Shown piece by piece: positions 28,352-37,696 of a stretch of DNA of 61,618 nucleotides. The translations under genes were made by a program, and so were the position numbers. The notes under the pieces were generated by a model. The model had not been told where the DNA came from. It searched no databases and saw nothing but the letters and a program-made list of their open reading frames with translations. The first letter of the stretch is position 1, and every line of letters begins with the position of its first letter. The stretch is from Spirochaetaceae bacterium (GTDB taxonomy: Bacteria; Spirochaetota; Spirochaetia; DSM-2461): the NCBI GenBank assembly GCA_029210985.1, contig JARGFR010000001.1, forward strand, positions 1 through 61,618, given 5' to 3'.

Positions 28352-28918
28352 ATGTGTGATGATTTTACTTCTTTTTTACATTTGGCGGAGAACCGCCGCA
28401 GTGTCCGGAAATATCGATCAGAGTCTATTCATTCTGCATCTGTTGAGCGATGTTTGGAAGCCGCAAGACTGGCACCATCGGCAAATAACGGACAGCCATG
28501 GGAGTTTATCATCGTGGTGGATGACGTCATCAAGCGCAAATTGGCGAAAGCGGCCCGATTCGGTCCCCTGCATGCGAACCCATTCGTTTCCGAAGTACCC
28601 GTCATCGTTATTGTGAATGAAACTCCCGGACATCGGCCGACACGATGGGGAGGGCGTTTGCTGGGACGAAATTTTCCCCTTATGGATATCGGAATGTCTG
28701 TCATGCAGTTTTGCCTGCAAGCCGCTCAGGAAGGATTAGGAACTTGCATCATCGGCCTCTTCTCCGCAAGAGAAGTCAGACGGGCCGTGGATTTTCCGAG
28801 ATCGCATCGAACAAGGTTGCTTTTAGCTCTGGGAAAACCCGAGGATGGAGCACCATTCGAGAAAAAACGAAAAGCAAAGGATCAAATGAGCCGTTATATT
28901 GGAAGAAAAGAGGTGTAG
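28352..28918 (+). CDS. Nitroreductase family protein
   Basis: RRSVRKY, ARLAPSANNGQPWEF, GLGTCIIG. Confidence 0.92.
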   Translation: MCDDFTSFLHLAENRRSVRKYRSESIHSASVERCLEAARLAPSANNGQPWEFIIVVDDVIKRKLAKAARFGPLHANPFVSEVPVIVIVNETPGHRPTRWGGRLLGRNFPLMDIGMSVMQFCLQAAQEGLGTCIIGLFSAREVRRAVDFPRSHRTRLLLALGKPEDGAPFEKKRKAKDQMSRYIGRKEV

Positions 28919-28919
28919 T

Positions 28920-29858
28920 GTGCCACCCGATCTGACAGATACATTGGTCATCGGCATCTCATCCCGGGCACTCTTCGACTTGGAGAGGGAGAATAAGATT
29001 TTCGAACAGGAAGGTCTTGATGCCTATGCCCGTTACCAGACCGATAATGAATCCAGGGTACTGGAGCCCGGCACGGCCTTTGCCCTGGTGGAAGCGTTTC
29101 TGAAGCTCAACGAAAAACTAGGCGAACACTTGGTGGAAGTGGTTATCATGAGCCAGAACAACCCCCAAACCGGGCTCCGCGTGATGAATTCCATCGATTT
29201 CTACAATCTCGGCATTACTCGTGCGGCTTTCTCAGGCGGGCAGTCCTTGGGGCCCTACCTGGAAGCCTACTGCGTCGATTTATATTTATCCAAGAACCCC
29301 GAGGATGTTCAGGAAGCGGTGGATCATGGTATTGCCGCGGCCCAGCTCTATGCACCCCCGGAAGCCTTCAACCCGGAAGCCGACGAAATTCGCATTGCGT
29401 TCGACGGTGATGCGGTGCTGTTCAGCGAGGAGTCGGAGATAATTTATAAACAGCAGGGGTTGGACGCTTTCCTGGAACATGAGAAGATTTTTGCCGACCT
29501 GCCGCTGCCGGAAGGCCCCTTCGGTCGGGTCCTGAAGACACTGTCCAGAATTAAAAGTCTTTCAGCGGAGCCCTTGGTACGTATCGCTCTGGTGACGGCT
29601 CGAGACAGGCCGGCCCATGAGAGAGTCATTCTGACATTAAGAAGCTGGGGCGTTACCGTCGACGAGGCTTATTTCCTCGGTGGATTGTCCAAGAACCAGG
29701 TGCTCAAGGCTTTCAATGCCCATATATTTTTTGATGATCAGGACAAGCATGCCGGCCCGGCATCGGAACATGTACCTTCGGCGCGGGTTCCATATCGCAC
29801 CACCTCCGAACTCTTTGATAAGGATGCCCCGGGACCCGACAGCCGAAACCAGGAATAA
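28920..29858 (+). CDS. 5'-nucleotidase (cN-I type)
   Basis: LVIGISSRALFDL, RIAFDGDAVLF, LVTAR, HIFFDDQ. GTG start at 28920. Confidence 0.9.
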   Translation: MPPDLTDTLVIGISSRALFDLERENKIFEQEGLDAYARYQTDNESRVLEPGTAFALVEAFLKLNEKLGEHLVEVVIMSQNNPQTGLRVMNSIDFYNLGITRAAFSGGQSLGPYLEAYCVDLYLSKNPEDVQEAVDHGIAAAQLYAPPEAFNPEADEIRIAFDGDAVLFSEESEIIYKQQGLDAFLEHEKIFADLPLPEGPFGRVLKTLSRIKSLSAEPLVRIALVTARDRPAHERVILTLRSWGVTVDEAYFLGGLSKNQVLKAFNAHIFFDDQDKHAGPASEHVPSARVPYRTTSELFDKDAPGPDSRNQE

Positions 29859-29888
29859 TCGTCGAGCGGCGGCACACGGAAACCGAGC

Positions 29889-30248
29889 TCAGGACTCCCG
29901 GGGATAATCCGATTCGGACCATTCAGTGAAGCCGTTCAGCAGTGAATAGGCTCGATATCCCAACGCTCTGAGGATACCCGTCACCTGCCCTGATGACTGT
30001 CCGACATAACAGACAACAACGATATCCCCGTGCTCCGGCAGCTGACCGGATTCGATATAATCACCGACCGCTTCCCACTCACAGTGGACGGATCCGGGTA
30101 TTCTTTGTTCCACCCAATCCTCGTGTTTTCTGATATCGAGAACGATCGGCGGATCATCATGCAGTCGACGTTCCGCCAAATCCCTGCAGCTGATCAAACC
30201 GAATCCGTCATGAGGTAAGGAGGAAAAGATTTCTCTCGCTGATTTCAT
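29889..30248 (-). CDS. Single-domain rhodanese
   Basis: LDIR..ED...RIPGS, VVVCYVGQSS, SLLNGFTEW. Confidence 0.88.
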   Translation of the reverse strand: MKSAREIFSSLPHDGFGLISCRDLAERRLHDDPPIVLDIRKHEDWVEQRIPGSVHCEWEAVGDYIESGQLPEHGDIVVVCYVGQSSGQVTGILRALGYRAYSLLNGFTEWSESDYPRES

Positions 30249-30352
30249 GGTATAAGGCTAAGGTTTGGCATAGAAATTTCCAACCATTACCTCAATCTTA
30301 CTTAACTTACCCGATTATATTTAGTATCATCTAATCATATAAGGAGATCTAT

Positions 30353-30862
30353 ATGGCTACAGTGACTCTTCATGAAACGCCTTTCCAGACCGTCGGCAGT
30401 CTGCCGGCCGTGGAATCCAATCTGCCCGATTTCAATTTGACCGCTGCCGACCTCTCTGACAAAAACCTCGCCGATTTTGCAGGAAAGAAGCTGCTGCTCA
30501 ATATCTTTCCCAGCATCGACACCGGAACTTGTGCCGCCTCGGTCCGCCGGTTTAACGCCGAAGCGTCCAAACTCGGAGACGATGTGGCGGTTCTCTGTAT
30601 CTCCCGGGACCTACCCTTTGCCCAAAGTCGATTCTGCGGAGCTGAAGGTTTGGATCAGGTGATCGTGCTTTCCTCCCTGAGGGATGACAAATTCGGCAAA
30701 GACTATGGAATCACATTCCAAGACGGCCCACTTGCGGGACTTCTTTCCCGGTCTGTCGTCGTTGCCGATTCCGATGGAATCGTGAAATATACTCAGCAAG
30801 TGGCGGAGACCAGCGAGGAACCCGACTACAAGGAAGCTTTGACCGCCCTGTCGGCTCTTTAG
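30353..30862 (+). CDS. tpx: Thiol peroxidase (atypical 2-Cys peroxiredoxin)
   Basis: NIFPSIDTGTCAASVRRFN, ISRDLPFAQSRFCGAEG. Confidence 0.95.
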   Translation: MATVTLHETPFQTVGSLPAVESNLPDFNLTAADLSDKNLADFAGKKLLLNIFPSIDTGTCAASVRRFNAEASKLGDDVAVLCISRDLPFAQSRFCGAEGLDQVIVLSSLRDDKFGKDYGITFQDGPLAGLLSRSVVVADSDGIVKYTQQVAETSEEPDYKEALTALSAL

Positions 30863-30871
30863 AAGCATCGT

Positions 30872-30934
30872 TCGGCTTTCCGATCCACATTGCCGGCGAC
30901 AGTCAGATGTATGCCGGGGAATCGGCAAAGCCGA
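30872..30934 (+). other. Long imperfect hairpin after tpx
   Basis: tcggcttt-ccgat...atcgg-c-aaagccga with an inner ccggc/gccgg stem. Confidence 0.5.
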
Positions 30935-31036
30935 CAAAGAACTCTACACGTAAAAAAGTAGCAGCCGAAACCTCGTTCGCGGATAATCGCCGTTTATCAT
31001 TGAGTAATTCCTATTGAAGGTCTTACAATCCTGAGC

Positions 31037-32338
31037 ATGGACCAAATCATCGCCGACTTATCGGCCTTGAGGGAACTGATGTCCCATCACGGGCTGTTCT
31101 CCACCGGCATGCTGCTGATACTCGGTTATTTCCTGGGAAAACTGGCCGGTAAGGTCAGACTCCCGGAGATAACCGGATACATCATTGCGGGAATTATCCT
31201 CGGAGACTCGTTACTGGGAATTGTTCATCACAGGATGAGCGAATCTCTGCGAATCGTCACCGACGTGGCGCTCGGACTGATCGCCCTCACCATCGGCGGA
31301 GAATTTTCTTTTTCCAAACTCAAACGCATGGGCAGCGAAGTGGTGATTATCACAGTTGCCCAGATCGGGCTGACGTTCCTCTCCGTCAGCCTCGCGCTAT
31401 GGGTGTTCCGGCTGCCCCTCCCGTTTGCGATGATGCTTGGAGCCATTGCCACCGCAACCGCTCCGGCCGCCACAGTCGCAGTCGTCCAATCCCTGAGAGC
31501 ACACGGACCCTTTATCGACCGCCTCTACGGTGTTGTCGCCCTGGACGACGCCGGTGCGGTGATTATCTTCGGCGTGGTTTTCGCGGTGGTTTCCAGCATC
31601 CTCGGGGCAGATTCGGCAGCTGCGGCTGCTGAGCTGGCCGGTCAAGGTGCTTCGGCGCACAGCGCGGTCGGCGGATTCGGCATGGTCTGGGGCGCCTTCA
31701 AAGAAATATTCCTCTCGATTCTTATGGGAGGCTTCGCCGGTTGGGTGATCCACAAGCTCAGCCATAAACGCACCCACACCGGTGAATTGATGATCATCTC
31801 TCTGGGATGGATCTTCGTTCTCACCGCCATGTCCATCGCATTTCATCTCTCACCGTTGCTCTCGAATATGGCCGCCGGGATGGTTCTCATCAACATGTCC
31901 CCGAGAAACCATCGAATATTCCGAAATCTGGAACCGCTGACCCCGCCGATTTACGCCCTCTTCTTCGCCATCGCGGGAACCGAGCTGAATCCGTCGATAC
32001 TGGCCCAGAAGGAAATTCTTCTCCTGGGCGGTGTGTTCATCGGGGCCCGAGCAATCGGCAAAGTCGCCGGAGTCTGGGGTGGTTCAATCCTGGCCCGATC
32101 ACAGACAAACATACGAAAATACCTGGGCTACTGCATGCTCCCTCAGGCCGGAGTGGCGATAGGACTTGTCCTGATGATACAGGCCTCACCGCTGGTTGCC
32201 GCTCTCGGACCGGAGCAGAAAAGCATCATATTCATGATGGTGAATATCATCCTGCTTTCGGTCTTCTTCAATGAGCTCACCGGACCGCCGATATCAAAAT
32301 GGGCCATTACAAACGCCCTGGACATGGAGGTTTCCTGA
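31037..32338 (+). CDS. Cation:proton antiporter (Na_H_Exchanger family)
   Basis: LPEITGYIIAGIILG, ATATAPAAT, VVALDDA, LPQAGVAIGL. About 12 TMs. Confidence 0.9.
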   Translation: MDQIIADLSALRELMSHHGLFSTGMLLILGYFLGKLAGKVRLPEITGYIIAGIILGDSLLGIVHHRMSESLRIVTDVALGLIALTIGGEFSFSKLKRMGSEVVIITVAQIGLTFLSVSLALWVFRLPLPFAMMLGAIATATAPAATVAVVQSLRAHGPFIDRLYGVVALDDAGAVIIFGVVFAVVSSILGADSAAAAAELAGQGASAHSAVGGFGMVWGAFKEIFLSILMGGFAGWVIHKLSHKRTHTGELMIISLGWIFVLTAMSIAFHLSPLLSNMAAGMVLINMSPRNHRIFRNLEPLTPPIYALFFAIAGTELNPSILAQKEILLLGGVFIGARAIGKVAGVWGGSILARSQTNIRKYLGYCMLPQAGVAIGLVLMIQASPLVAALGPEQKSIIFMMVNIILLSVFFNELTGPPISKWAITNALDMEVS

Positions 32339-33165
32339 TGGATCTTGCGGCCCTGTTATCGTCCGCTTCATGCACAACCAACCTCAAAGCCAAGAACAAA
32401 GAAGGTGCTATCGACTCTCTTGCGGCATTGGCGGTGAGGAGCGAAAAAGTCGGCAGCGTCAGTGAGAAGGCGATATCCATGGCGCTCTCGGAGCGTGAAG
32501 CCCAAGGTTCAACCGGATTTGGTGATGAAATCGCCATTCCCCATGCAAGCGTGGCCGGCCTGGAGGAATTCCTGGTCTTTATTGCCCATGCCCCCAAAGG
32601 CGTTGAATTTGAGAGCTTGGACAAGAAGAAGGTTCACCTGTTCTTCGTGATTCTCGGACCGGAGAACAGGCCCTCGGAGCACATTCAGATCCTCGCGGCA
32701 ATTTCACGCTCCATGAGCGGAACGTCCCTGAAGAGGGAACTCTTAAACGCCGGATCCACCGACGTTATGGTGGAGTCCTTCCTCCGCCACGCCGGTGAAA
32801 AGCATGAAGACGGACCCGTGGAAAAAAGGAAGATGAAGCTCCTCGTTCTGATTCTCTATATGGAGGAATTTATCTATCACATCCTCGAATACTTCCTGGA
32901 GGAAGGCATCGAAGGCGCGACGATACTGGACTCTTCCGGGATGGGCCAATACGTGTCGAATATCCCACTCTTCGCTACGTTCATCGGATTCATGAACGAA
33001 CAGAAGAATCGGAGCAACACGCTCCTTGCCACCATACCTGCCGACCGTGAGGATGAAATCATCAAAGGCATTGAAGCCATCACCGGAGATTTGGACCGGA
33101 AACAGGGCGCGATGCTGATGACTTTGGATATCGGGGTTTGGAAAGGGACGATGAAGATGATGTAG
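32338..33165 (+). CDS. PTS EIIA(Fru/Ntr-type) domain fused to a C-terminal PII-like domain
   Basis: REAQGSTGFGDEIAIPHA (phospho-His retained). C-terminal KLLVLIL...GATILDSSGMG...GDLDRKQG. TGATG coupling to the antiporter gene. Confidence 0.8.
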   Translation: MDLAALLSSASCTTNLKAKNKEGAIDSLAALAVRSEKVGSVSEKAISMALSEREAQGSTGFGDEIAIPHASVAGLEEFLVFIAHAPKGVEFESLDKKKVHLFFVILGPENRPSEHIQILAAISRSMSGTSLKRELLNAGSTDVMVESFLRHAGEKHEDGPVEKRKMKLLVLILYMEEFIYHILEYFLEEGIEGATILDSSGMGQYVSNIPLFATFIGFMNEQKNRSNTLLATIPADREDEIIKGIEAITGDLDRKQGAMLMTLDIGVWKGTMKMM

Positions 33166-33177
33166 CGTTCGGAGAAG

Positions 33178-33232
33178 AACCGGCTCGCGAGGCCGCGGCT
33201 GTGCCGCGGGTCGCGCCCGGTTGTCTACAGAC
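33178..33232. terminator. GC-rich hairpin between convergent genes
   Basis: aaccgg..cgcga..ccgcggc-tgt-gccgcgg.tcgcg..ccggtt. Confidence 0.5.
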
Positions 33233-34556
33233 CCAGGGCCGTCACGAGGTCGTCAATCAATTGCGCATCCTCGGCGAGTTTATCCAGCAGCCCCCTGGCC
33301 GACCGCTGATGCGCCTGGTTCCAATCCAATCCACCGTCCTTGAAGGCTTCCACCTCTCTTACCAGAAGCACATTATTGTTCCGTGAGACGGTCAGAACGG
33401 CTCCGACTTGAGTAATGTAGGGCGCATTGGCCAAGCGGTCGGAACGCGGGAAATCGAAAACCGTCCAGTTGAACTCCAGATCAACATCACCCTCTCCTGG
33501 AGCGACGGCTTCGGCCGGCAGAGGAAGTTCGGAGATCCAGTCCCTCACCGCACCGTCCAGAACCGACAGATCGGGTGCGGCACCGCTGGCCACGGACACC
33601 GCCAGGAGAATCGGATCTATCGCCACCTCCACGGCGCTTCGCGTAACGGGGAACCCCTCGGGAGGGATACTCCACGCGGCCAGATCGGGTGCAATTTCAA
33701 ACCGCACGGTACCGGGTTCCAGGGCTTCGGGAGACACGGTTACGGTGTAGCCGCCAAGAGCGTCGGTGGTGAAGGAGCTGCTCCTGATGTCGGCTCCGGA
33801 CAAAACCAGGGGGAAAGCCCCGAGGTTCTGGTTCGATCCGGCTCGAACAGATCCGCTCAGTACGATTTCGGTACCGTATTTCACCCGTGCGGGTTCGGCC
33901 GCAGCCGAAATAGACAAGGACCCGGTCCGGTCCGATATTTGCCCATCCACCTGATCGAGGAGAAATCCTCCGCCCCCGAAGAGGGCATCTTTGATGCTCA
34001 GGCCCCAGGGAGAGGAGATGAGCACATTCCGGGCCCTGCCCAACGCGGCCAGGTCCTCGGCCAAGGTCATCCCGCCGTTGAGAACAGGTTCCAGTATTCC
34101 AGTCGCTCTCAAGTTCAGGTTTGAGACTTCTTCATTGACGATGGCGGCCCAGACGGCCTTGGAAAGCCGGACATACACCCATGCTCCCAGGTCGGGATCG
34201 ATCCAAGTATCCACGACTTCCACCGATTTCAGGTTTTGTTCAACCGATTCGTTGACGGTGCGCTCCACCGATTCGGAGAATCCGCCGTCCGAGGAGGAAC
34301 TGGAGGACACATCCAGTTCCGAGCTGATTTGAGCCGATATCTGAGCCGCCAGATCGGCTCGAGCCGCCGCAGCCGCCTTATCGCGGTCTTCTGCCAGGTT
34401 CCCGGAACTGCTGCCGCCAATGCCCACGTAATAGGCCGGATCCGCGGGATAAGAGGAGAGCCAGGACGGAGCCTTGCCCGAATCCGGCCCGCCGGCACAG
34501 CCGGCCGCCAATAAAAGAACCGCCAGAATGGCGAAGCAGCCAAAAACTTTCCGCAA
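33225..34556 (-). CDS. LPP20-family lipoprotein
   Basis: Lipobox LAAGC, then APSWL..YYVGIG..AARADLAAQI. TTG 34556 is preferred over the ATG at 34595. Confidence 0.75.
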   Translation of the reverse strand: MRKVFGCFAILAVLLLAAGCAGGPDSGKAPSWLSSYPADPAYYVGIGGSSSGNLAEDRDKAAAAARADLAAQISAQISSELDVSSSSSSDGGFSESVERTVNESVEQNLKSVEVVDTWIDPDLGAWVYVRLSKAVWAAIVNEEVSNLNLRATGILEPVLNGGMTLAEDLAALGRARNVLISSPWGLSIKDALFGGGGFLLDQVDGQISDRTGSLSISAAAEPARVKYGTEIVLSGSVRAGSNQNLGAFPLVLSGADIRSSSFTTDALGGYTVTVSPEALEPGTVRFEIAPDLAAWSIPPEGFPVTRSAVEVAIDPILLAVSVASGAAPDLSVLDGAVRDWISELPLPAEAVAPGEGDVDLEFNWTVFDFPRSDRLANAPYITQVGAVLTVSRNNNVLLVREVEAFKDGGLDWNQAHQRSARGLLDKLAEDAQLIDDLVTALGL

Positions 34557-34560
34557 AGAT

Positions 34561-35799
34561 CTAATCGAGGGAACCGAGGTCGAAATCATCATCATTTAAC
34601 TCATTTGGAAAATCGGCGTTGAAATCATCGCCGGGGTCGGCGGACGGTGTCGAAAAATCATCCGGTCCATCTTCGAGGTCCAGATCGGGAAGATCCCCGA
34701 AGTCGTCGTCCGTGGTGGAGAAATCGAGGTTGTCCCCCGAAGCTGCGGCGGATAGCCCGGCGCCGGCTGCGGCGCCCATGGCGAATTCATCATCGAAGGT
34801 TTCCTTCTTGGATTCTTTCGGTTTTTTTTCATTTTTCGGCTTTGGTGTTTTGACGGCCTTGGGCGGCTTCGGCGTCTTGGTTTTTTTCACCTTCTGAGGT
34901 TTCACTCTTCGAGTCTTCGGTGCCGGGTTGTTCACCTTCCCGGTCGATCCGGAACTATGGAAAGGCCGTTCTCCTCTATGATCTTCGTTCCAGAATCTGA
35001 CATACGCCCCTGTGAGAAAGATATCAAAAAATACGCCCAATCCGAGCAGCCCGCCGCTGAGCAACCAGACGATTCCGCCGACATAGCGCCCGAGGTAAAA
35101 ACGATGGATTCCCAACGGGCCCCAATGAAGCAGGAAAAGATACGCGGTCACATAGCTCTTCCGCCCTTCCCGGGCCACGGTGATGGCCATCACCGTAGGA
35201 AGAATGATACCCGTCAAGAGATTAAGAAGCAGCCATGTCAATAAAAGGCTCCAGGCCCGCTGTTTCGCCCAGGAAAAACCTTCCCGAACCCCTTCAGACC
35301 TGATAATCGCCAGAAGTTCACCGACTTCGGCAAGTTGACCCGAGACAAAGCCGGATACGGTGCCCACACCGGCATCAATAACCCGATTCATCTTCGGGGC
35401 TTCGCCTCCGACGACGCCGTATGTTTTTCGCAGGAACCGACGGTTAACGACCATTTCATTCTGAATTTGTGCGTCGGCCGCGGCGATTGCCGGATTGTCA
35501 GGATATTGAGATTGAAGAAAATGCCGTGCGACGGCGTAAAGAGCTTCACCGAAAGCCGGATCATCGATCATCTGCTGCTTTCGGAAACTTTCGGCGGCGC
35601 GATACACAACCAAGCCGTCGTCGGCTCCTCCGGCCAATGCCCGCTCATAGAAGAGCCAGGCCGCATTGTAATCCTCGGCCAAGAAATAACTGTCGGCGCG
35701 CTCAGCATCCCAGGTCCAATCCTCGGCGGCTCCAAGGGCCGACGTCATGAGAATGGCCAGTATTGTCAGTAACGTTCCGCGCATTATTCGATTAATCAT
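34561..35799 (-). CDS. TM2-domain membrane protein with Lys/Pro-rich linker and Asp-rich tail
   Basis: KSYVTAYLFLL..GPLGIHRFYLGR..G.VWLLSGGLLGLG..FD. N-terminal signal peptide. Confidence 0.8.
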   Translation of the reverse strand: MINRIMRGTLLTILAILMTSALGAAEDWTWDAERADSYFLAEDYNAAWLFYERALAGGADDGLVVYRAAESFRKQQMIDDPAFGEALYAVARHFLQSQYPDNPAIAAADAQIQNEMVVNRRFLRKTYGVVGGEAPKMNRVIDAGVGTVSGFVSGQLAEVGELLAIIRSEGVREGFSWAKQRAWSLLLTWLLLNLLTGIILPTVMAITVAREGRKSYVTAYLFLLHWGPLGIHRFYLGRYVGGIVWLLSGGLLGLGVFFDIFLTGAYVRFWNEDHRGERPFHSSGSTGKVNNPAPKTRRVKPQKVKKTKTPKPPKAVKTPKPKNEKKPKESKKETFDDEFAMGAAAGAGLSAAASGDNLDFSTTDDDFGDLPDLDLEDGPDDFSTPSADPGDDFNADFPNELNDDDFDLGSLD

Positions 35800-35935
35800 G
35801 ATACTAGGTTTATCGGCATGCAACCGCAATACGGACCGCCTGGGACGGCAAAAACCCGGGTTTTTCACCAAGAATCCGGGCACTGGCCGCGAATCGGCCA
35901 TCCGAGTATGCTGATGAACGACTCAGGAGCCCTAG

Positions 35936-37696
35936 ATGATGAAATTCCTGCCCAACGGCACCTCAGCCAAAATGACTCTTGATTTAAAGCCGTCACGAGT
36001 GAAAACCACCCGCGGCCGGCTCGGAGACGGGGCAAAAGAACATACATTCATAATTGGGTTCAGTAAATTGGAAGCGTCTTGGAGAGACAACCGCATTGAA
36101 GCGGCGTTCAAATCCGGATCGGATGCATTTCTAAAGAGCATTTCTCTCGTACTCCACTTCAAATCTCCCCAATCTGCAAACGATGCCGTGGTATGGACCG
36201 AATCCTATTCCGACACATTCGATTTAAAAAACTTCAACAATTCCCCTGGAATCTTTACATGTAAATCCCGTCGCAGGGGTTCCTGGGCTCTTTGGATATC
36301 CGAGGATTCCAAATCCGAGGGAATTCTGTTCAAGCAGTCTCCGCCGATGGAATATCCTGTGCATTTCGACTGCCGGCCGGGGAAACACCGTATTACCATT
36401 ACCTGGGAACTCAACCGCGAGGTGGGAGAAGGAGAACGAATCACCCTTCCCGATGTGGGAATCGCCAGAGGTGGAAGAAAAGAAGTCATCGCGGCCTGGC
36501 GCCGTGAATGGTTCAACGTTTCTTCTCGAACCCCGCCGGAGGACAGACGAATCGGATGGCTCGGGGGAAAGGAAATTTCCAGCCCACGAGATCTTCGGGA
36601 AATCCTGTCCTCGGTCCGCGGGAAAAAAATTCCGCTGGAATGGTTCGCCCTGGGTCCGGAATACGCCTCCGTCACCGGGGATTGGCTCAACCCGAACGAG
36701 GCCTTCAAGGACAGAATGGGCAATCTCTCCAGAACCATCGGTGAGCAGAATATCGTCCCCGGCCTCCGGTTTGCACCCTTTCTGATCTCTCGGAAAAGCT
36801 CTTTCGCCGACGAGAAGAAAGACTGGCTGGTAAAAACGAGTAAAGGATCCCCGGTGGTGGTGAAAGGCTACGACCGGGATAAAGACCAAGCTGTCGTTCT
36901 GGACGTCACAAACCCGGATGTGGAAAAGTATATCAGCCGCATGTTCTCGGTGATGCGGGACCAGTGGGGATATCGCGCTTACGTGTTGGAACGTATGGCC
37001 GATCTGGCCGTCCCGGGCATCCGGCACGACTCGAGGGTTGGTCCCGGAACCCTGATGACCGCCTCCTCCGCTCTGATCAGGAAAGTTGTCGGGCCGAAAG
37101 TTCTCCTGGTTGGTGAGAACACACCGTTGTTGTCCGGTATCGGAAACTGGGACGCCAGAACAACCGCTCCGTCAATCTCCTCGGTCGGACGTCAGCGGGA
37201 TGCTCTATCCGCCGCCGCGGCTCAACTTCATCGTGCCTCATGGAACGGACGATCGTGGATTAATACTTCAGGCCCGCTGCCTTTGGAATTCTTCGGACAA
37301 GACACGTCGGACGCCCTGAAAACGGCGACTCGCGCCGCGGCTCTTTCATGCGGAATGGTGACGCTGTGCGGCGATCCAAGGGTCCTTGCCGACGAAAACC
37401 GAGACGCCCTCCTTGAGTTCCTCACCTTGTTCTCCGAATGCAGGAAGGGCCGCGTGACCACAGGAACCGAAGCGGGGGGCGGAAAAACAACCCCTCTGAT
37501 CGTCCGGAACGATCGTGGGTGGATTGCTCTGTTCAACATGTCTGAGAAGAAGAAGAGTATCCGCCTGGAGAGGGATCGGCTTCGTTCCCTACTCGGCGTC
37601 GTCGCCCCGCTTTCCGCCGGGGACGGTGCGGTCTTCAACAGCCCGGAAATCCACGTATCCCTGCCGCCTCGAGGGCATCGCCTCTTCAAGGGATGA
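35936..37696 (+). CDS. GH36 alpha-galactosidase-like protein with degenerate catalytic motifs
   Basis: GDW..NE.F..M..L, PGLRFAPF, DWLVK, LDVTNPDV..YI..F..M.DQWG, ALFN. The IDDGW and KxD positions are substituted. Confidence 0.65.
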   Translation: MMKFLPNGTSAKMTLDLKPSRVKTTRGRLGDGAKEHTFIIGFSKLEASWRDNRIEAAFKSGSDAFLKSISLVLHFKSPQSANDAVVWTESYSDTFDLKNFNNSPGIFTCKSRRRGSWALWISEDSKSEGILFKQSPPMEYPVHFDCRPGKHRITITWELNREVGEGERITLPDVGIARGGRKEVIAAWRREWFNVSSRTPPEDRRIGWLGGKEISSPRDLREILSSVRGKKIPLEWFALGPEYASVTGDWLNPNEAFKDRMGNLSRTIGEQNIVPGLRFAPFLISRKSSFADEKKDWLVKTSKGSPVVVKGYDRDKDQAVVLDVTNPDVEKYISRMFSVMRDQWGYRAYVLERMADLAVPGIRHDSRVGPGTLMTASSALIRKVVGPKVLLVGENTPLLSGIGNWDARTTAPSISSVGRQRDALSAAAAQLHRASWNGRSWINTSGPLPLEFFGQDTSDALKTATRAAALSCGMVTLCGDPRVLADENRDALLEFLTLFSECRKGRVTTGTEAGGGKTTPLIVRNDRGWIALFNMSEKKKSIRLERDRLRSLLGVVAPLSAGDGAVFNSPEIHVSLPPRGHRLFKG

